From positions 1 to 37,014 of IMG/VR virus record IMGVR_UViG_3300033183_000049: a stretch of DNA of 37,014 bases; one strand, written 5' to 3'. The notes beneath the pieces were generated by a model. It ran no database searches, had not been told where the DNA came from, and saw only the letters and a program-made list of their open reading frames with translations. Numbering within the stretch: the first letter of the stretch is position 1; each line of letters opens with the position of its first letter. Shown here one piece after another: positions 32,768-37,014 of this stretch. The DNA is from a virus. Made by a program: the position numbers and the translations under genes.

Positions 32768-33625
32768 GAAATTTGGAGTGACGAGGTTATCGCTGCTTAC
32801 GAGAAGAACTTGGTTCTTGCTCCTTTGGTTAAAAAGCTATCTATGCAAGGCAAGAAAGGTGATACTATTCACATTCCTAAGCCTACTCGTGGTTCAGCTA
32901 ACGCTAAAGTAGAAAACCAAGCAGTAACCATTCAGAATGCTGTTGAAGACGAAGTAATCGTCACTATCAACAAGCACTTTGAATACTCACGTCTTATCGA
33001 AGACATCACTGAAGCTCAAGCATTAGCTTCTCTTCGCCAGTTCTACACTAGCGATGCAGGTTATGCCTTGGCTAAGCAAGTCGATGACGACATCTTTGCC
33101 TTAGGTAAGTCTTTCGGTGACGGTGATGGTTCTGACTGGACTAACTCAAACGTATACGAGTTGGGTACTGGCGGTGCTTTGGCTGCTTACGATGGCACTG
33201 TGTCTGCTAACGCATTCACTGACTTGACCATGCGTGAACTAGTACAAGCTATGGATGACGCTGACGCTCCTATGGACGGTCGTTCACTTGTTATCCCACC
33301 TGTACTACGTAATGCTATCCTTGGCATCGACCGTTACACTAGCTCAGACTTCGTTGCAGGTCGTGCGGTTAACAACGGCCAAATCGGTAACATCTACGGT
33401 GTAGACGTGTACGTAACTTCTAACTGCCCATCTTTGGAATCAAACGCTGCTCGCGTAGCTATGCTGTTCCATAAAGACTCTATGGTCTTGGCTGAGCAAA
33501 AAGGTGTTCGTTCACAGACTCAATACAAGCAAGAGTTCTTGGGTACTTTGTACACTGCAGACCGTTTATACGGTACTAAAGTTGTACGTCCTGAGACTGG
33601 CTTCGCAGTCGTAGTTGGTGCATAA
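32768..33625 (+). CDS. Major capsid protein, exon 2 (285 codons)
   Basis: The frame is open from 32768 (EIWSDEVIAAYEKNLVLAPLVKK...), whereas the ORF track only offers TTG 32810. Support comes from its position after the scaffold gene, the strong terminator downstream, and the remembered ...FIPEIWS...KGDT..IP N-terminal pattern of HK97-fold capsid proteins. Confidence 0.8.
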   Translation, partial: EIWSDEVIAAYEKNLVLAPLVKKLSMQGKKGDTIHIPKPTRGSANAKVENQAVTIQNAVEDEVIVTINKHFEYSRLIEDITEAQALASLRQFYTSDAGYALAKQVDDDIFALGKSFGDGDGSDWTNSNVYELGTGGALAAYDGTVSANAFTDLTMRELVQAMDDADAPMDGRSLVIPPVLRNAILGIDRYTSSDFVAGRAVNNGQIGNIYGVDVYVTSNCPSLESNAARVAMLFHKDSMVLAEQKGVRSQTQYKQEFLGTLYTADRLYGTKVVRPETGFAVVVGA

Positions 33626-33640
33626 GCACTAACGTTCTAA

Positions 33641-33670
33641 GGGGATTCTACGGAGTCCCCTTTCTCTTTT
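33641..33670 (+). terminator. Intrinsic terminator after the capsid gene
   Basis: Stem ggggattc (33641-48), loop tacg, stem gagtcccc (33653-60) with one G.U pair, followed by tttctctttt. Confidence 0.75.
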
Positions 33671-33706
33671 CTTTATTCGTTATCTTTCTTAGTAGGGGAC
33701 TTACTA

Positions 33707-34687
33707 ATGCCATTATACAGGGGCAGCGGAGGCGCAGGAGATTCATCTACAGATGCTTATGCGTCAACTATCTCTACGTACGCACAGACTGCTACTAACA
33801 AAGCTAATGAAGCATCCGCTAGTGCAACTGCGGCTTCTACGTCAGCAACTAATGCAGCCACTAGCGCAACTGCAGCTTCTACTTCAGCAACTAACGCAGC
33901 AACTTCAGAAACCAATGCATCCACATCGGCCTCAGGAGCTGCTACAAGCGCAGCTAACGCTGCCAGTAGTGCCACTGCAGCAGCCGCTAGTGAAACAGCA
34001 GCAGCAAGCTCTGAGAGTGCTTCAGCGACATCGGCTACTAATGCTGCTACTTCAGCAACTAATGCATCTACAAGTGAAACTAATGCAGCAACTTCAGCAA
34101 CATCAGCAAGTACCTCAGCAACTAATGCAGCTAATTCAGCAAGTGCAGCAAGTACGTCTGAGAGTAATGCGTCAACTTCTGCTACAAACGCTGCTACAAG
34201 TGAAACTAACGCAGCCACAAGTGCTACAGCAGCACAGGCAGTCTTAGACAACATTGAAGGTTTCTTTCTAGGGGCACAAGCAAGTAATCCTACAGTTGAC
34301 CTTAATGGCAATGCGTTGACTGCGGGCGACTGGTATCTAAACACTACTAACAACTCTACGTACATCTATGACGGTAGCAGTTGGAACACAATGAACCCAG
34401 ACCTCATTGGTGACACAACGCCACAACTAGGCGGTACATTGGACGCCAATGGTAACTCCATTGACATGGGTACTAACACCATTACTGACACTAAGGTTGG
34501 TAACTGGGATACAGCTTATGGATGGGGTGACCACGGTGCTGTAGGGTACATCACAGGATACACAGTTACTGAGGGTGACGTAACGGCACATCAGGCAGCC
34601 CTAAGTATCACTGAGTCACAAATAAGCGATCTACAAACATATTTAACAACAGTTGACGGTTTAACTATTGACGGAGGCACATTCTAA
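33707..34687 (+). CDS. Tail fibre protein with Ala/Ser/Thr heptad-repeat shaft (326 aa)
   Basis: There are about 20 heptads of the A[AS]TS[AE]TN type, followed by FLGAQASNPTVDLNGNALTAGDWYLNT...YIYDGSSW and LGGTLDANGNSI motifs that are common in phage fibres. It ends in TIDGGTF. Confidence 0.75.
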   Translation: MPLYRGSGGAGDSSTDAYASTISTYAQTATNKANEASASATAASTSATNAATSATAASTSATNAATSETNASTSASGAATSAANAASSATAAAASETAAASSESASATSATNAATSATNASTSETNAATSATSASTSATNAANSASAASTSESNASTSATNAATSETNAATSATAAQAVLDNIEGFFLGAQASNPTVDLNGNALTAGDWYLNTTNNSTYIYDGSSWNTMNPDLIGDTTPQLGGTLDANGNSIDMGTNTITDTKVGNWDTAYGWGDHGAVGYITGYTVTEGDVTAHQAALSITESQISDLQTYLTTVDGLTIDGGTF

Positions 34688-36595
34688 ATGGCGACCACGA
34701 TTAAACATAAAAGAGGAACTGCAGCTCCTACTGGTGGTGATTTAGCCGCAGGAGAACTTGGCCTCGACACAACAAACAAAAGAATCTACACCAGTACTAA
34801 TGGTACAGACATTATTGAAACTGGTGTAAACCCTGCCGCAGAAATCCAAGCAAACGCAGGTATTGCCTTACCAGATTCACAGAAGGCTACCTTTGGTGCT
34901 AGTGATGACTTGCAGATTTATCATGATGGTAGCAATAGTCGCATTGTTGATACAGGCACTGGGTCGCTGATACTGCAATCCAATCAGCTTGTATTTAAGA
35001 GTGCCGATGATTCAGAGATATTAGGTTATTCTGATGAAAACGGGGCATTTAATCTTTACTACAATGGTAGTCCCAAACTATCCACAACCTCCACAGGCAT
35101 TGACGTAACTGGTACTGTTACTGCTGATGGGCTGACTGTTAGTAAGCCTGGTTCTCAACAGATTTACTTTGATCGCAATGGTAGTTCTATAGGCTCAGGA
35201 AGTATTGGCGCTGATGTTAGCCAGGCTATGGGCATATGGGATACTGACGACAACAAAGTTGCAACTTTTTATCAGAATCAAGATGTAGCCTTCTACGAAG
35301 ACACTGGCACAACTGCTAAGTTCTTCTGGGATGCGTCTGCGGAGTCTTTGGGTATTGGTACTAGTAGTCCTAGCTATCCTTTACATATTTTAGGTTCACA
35401 TACTATTTATGGAGCAGAACTAGCCACAAGCTCTACAGCTACTACTAGCTACAACGTCATGCGATTCACACAGGGTACAGGTTCTGGTGCGCCTATAGGT
35501 TATGTAGGTACTGGTGGCAGTGCAACAAGTAACTCAGGCTTCGCAGGTGCTTTTGGTATAGGTACGCAGACATCAGCACCAGTTACGTTCTTGACTAACG
35601 ACGCAGAACGTATGCGTATCGACAGCAGCGGTAACTTGCTTGTTGGTAAGACTACAGCAAATAACACCACAGTCGGATTTACAGTGTATAACGACAATGG
35701 CTATTCGGTAGTTCGTGACAGTAACCCAGTAGGCATTTACAACCGATTGACAACCGATGGCGACATTGCAGTATTCCGCAAAGACGGCACAACTGTCGGG
35801 AGTATTGGTACTTATGATGGTCGTCCTTACTTAGCATCTACTACTTTAGGCATCCGTGTTTCAAATGCTTTGTTTCCGTCAAATACGTCAGGCGTAATTA
35901 CAGACGGTGCTTGTGATATTGGTGGGGCATCGGGACGCTTCAAAGACCTCTACCTATCAGGCGAGGCTAAGGTGACTTCATCAGGTGTAGACGGCACGTA
36001 TTCACCAATCTTACGGGGCATTTACTCTGGTAATAGCAACGAAACTAATACCATTGAAACAACAGTATCATCAGCTGCAGCAAACTCAGGCTTTAAGTTT
36101 AATGTATCAAACGGTGGCGGCTCTTCTGGCCAAACAGAAGCATTACGTATTACACGAGCAGGTACTTATGCGCCCTTGGGTATTCACTTAGGTGGCACAG
36201 GTTCGGCTAATCACTTGGATGATTATGAGACTGGGACGTTTACTCCTACATTAACCAACATATCAGGCGGTGCTATTACATATACTACCCAAACAGGACG
36301 CTACGCAAAAGTTGGTGATTTGGTAACAGTAGAGTATAAGATAACAGTTAATACCAATACACACACAACAGGAAATGTTGCAGTAGGGCTTCCATTCTCA
36401 AGTGGGTATAGTGGCGTTGTTGGTAACGGTTCTGTAGTTATAAACACAACAACGGTAAGCGATTTAACAGGGCATTCGTTCTTCTCTACTGATGCTAGTT
36501 CTCAGCTAACACGCTCAGGTGGTAACTATGTTACAGCAACGCAAATAACTAACGGCATTACTTTATCAGGATTTATTGTATACAGAACAGCTTAA
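34688..36595 (+). CDS. Tail fibre / receptor-binding protein (635 aa)
   Basis: The N-terminus IKHKRGTAAPTGGDLAAGELGLDTTNKRIYTS matches the conserved fibre N-terminal motif (Mtd-N-like, from memory). The body is Gly/Ser/Thr-rich and beta-type. Confidence 0.7.
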   Translation: MATTIKHKRGTAAPTGGDLAAGELGLDTTNKRIYTSTNGTDIIETGVNPAAEIQANAGIALPDSQKATFGASDDLQIYHDGSNSRIVDTGTGSLILQSNQLVFKSADDSEILGYSDENGAFNLYYNGSPKLSTTSTGIDVTGTVTADGLTVSKPGSQQIYFDRNGSSIGSGSIGADVSQAMGIWDTDDNKVATFYQNQDVAFYEDTGTTAKFFWDASAESLGIGTSSPSYPLHILGSHTIYGAELATSSTATTSYNVMRFTQGTGSGAPIGYVGTGGSATSNSGFAGAFGIGTQTSAPVTFLTNDAERMRIDSSGNLLVGKTTANNTTVGFTVYNDNGYSVVRDSNPVGIYNRLTTDGDIAVFRKDGTTVGSIGTYDGRPYLASTTLGIRVSNALFPSNTSGVITDGACDIGGASGRFKDLYLSGEAKVTSSGVDGTYSPILRGIYSGNSNETNTIETTVSSAAANSGFKFNVSNGGGSSGQTEALRITRAGTYAPLGIHLGGTGSANHLDDYETGTFTPTLTNISGGAITYTTQTGRYAKVGDLVTVEYKITVNTNTHTTGNVAVGLPFSSGYSGVVGNGSVVINTTTVSDLTGHSFFSTDASSQLTRSGGNYVTATQITNGITLSGFIVYRTA

Positions 36596-36647
36596 TTACC
36601 GCTAGTGGATTCTATCGGTGGACATTTAACAACAAGAGGATTTAACA

Positions 36648-36875
36648 ATGGCACTTACTAAAGAACTAATCGTAGATAAAATTGAGATTGTCGCAGGTAC
36701 AGACGAAGACGGTAACACTGTCAACCATGTACAAGTACGCACAGCTACACGAGTCTTAGAAGACGGTGAGGTACTCAGCAGCTCTTATCACCGTCATGTG
36801 GTTAGCGAAGGTGATGACTACAGCAACGAAGACGCTAAAGTACAAGCAGTGTGTGCAGCGGTATTCACATCATGA
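36648..36875 (+). CDS. Hypothetical protein (75 aa)
   Basis: SD AAGAGGA upstream of ATG 36648, with an ATGA overlap to the next ORF. No motif recognised. Confidence 0.55.
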   Translation: MALTKELIVDKIEIVAGTDEDGNTVNHVQVRTATRVLEDGEVLSSSYHRHVVSEGDDYSNEDAKVQAVCAAVFTS

Positions 36876-37014
36876 TTACCTTAGACGACCTAATGACCTA
36901 CATCAACATAGCCACAGCAGTAGTTGCCGTGGCTTCAACCATAGCAAGCATGACGGATACACCAAAGGACGATGAGATCATTGGTAAAGTCTATAAGGTG
37001 CTTAACGTCTTTGC
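36872..37014 (+). CDS. Small membrane protein (holin-like candidate), 5' part; continues at window position 2
   Basis: ATG 36872 overlaps the upstream TGA. The ORF runs off the window end inside the 141-nt duplicated segment and closes at 169. Confidence 0.55.
   Translation, partial: MITLDDLMTYINIATAVVAVASTIASMTDTPKDDEIIGKVYKVLNVF
36874..37014. repeat. Terminal identical repeat, copy 2 (same as 1..141)
   Basis: Base-for-base identity with 1..141. Confidence 0.95.

Noticed and set aside
32706-32912. 68-aa plus-strand ORF spanning the intron/exon 2 boundary
   Set aside because: It is out of frame with both the endonuclease and the capsid exon, has no SD, and its sequence is Leu/Arg-rich and low in complexity. 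It looks like a by-product of overlapping real genes.
32810-33625. Treating the capsid gene as an unsplit ORF that starts at TTG 32810, as the ORF track suggests
   Set aside because: The frame is open and capsid-like back to 32768, with no ATG, GTG or SD there. An SD-led 23-codon exon upstream joins in frame at a U/G-bounded segment that folds with group I pairings.
33753-34365. Long ORFs on both strands (164 aa + and 202 aa -) overlapping the tail-fibre gene
   Set aside because: They coincide exactly with the Ala/Ser/Thr heptad-repeat DNA. Their products are monotonous Leu/Gln or Ala/Leu/Val strings, so they are frame artefacts of the codon periodicity.
34688-36595. Diversity-generating retroelement, because the fibre has an Mtd-like N-terminus
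   Set aside because: The genome has no reverse transcriptase ORF, and I saw no template/variable repeat pair. The N-terminal motif alone is widespread in fibres.

Overview
This window is one complete tailed dsDNA phage genome. Bases 1-141 are identical to 36874-37014, so the unique unit is 36,873 bp, and an ORF reads across the junction.

Layout: two arms diverge from a roughly 860-bp noncoding control region (about 25004-25860) and converge on a bidirectional terminator at 12538-12563.
- Minus-strand early/replication arm (24996 down to 12566): gp88-like protein, divergent C5-methyltransferase-like protein, T7 gp4-type primase-helicase, family A DNA polymerase, gp2.5-like SSB, FEN-type 5'-3' exonuclease, HNH and T5orf172/GIY-YIG-like nucleases, DUF3310-like protein, MazG, and a class II-like ribonucleotide reductase.
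- Plus-strand late arm (25861 through the junction to 12527): AT-hook protein (possible small terminase), M15 peptidase endolysin, large terminase, portal, scaffold, major capsid protein, two tail-fibre proteins, a block of six small membrane or secreted proteins, and putative tail and internal virion proteins.

No RNA polymerase, integrase, repressor, tRNA or CRISPR array was seen. Near-consensus sigma70-type promoters suggest host RNAP is used throughout.

Main finding: the major capsid gene is split by a 573-nt group I intron (32195-32767) that encodes a LAGLIDADG homing endonuclease. P1, P3, P7, P8 and P9 pairings, the U.G 5' splice pair and the omega-G can all be read directly in the sequence.

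Other signals:
- a dense array of ACTACACAG iterons with an embedded G-rich tract in the control region
- a promoter, palindrome and AT-only hairpin upstream of the primase-helicase gene
- 11-residue and 7-residue repeat arrays in virion proteins
- several real-looking small ORFs missing from the ORF track

All family assignments rest on motifs read by eye and on memory. No database search was run.
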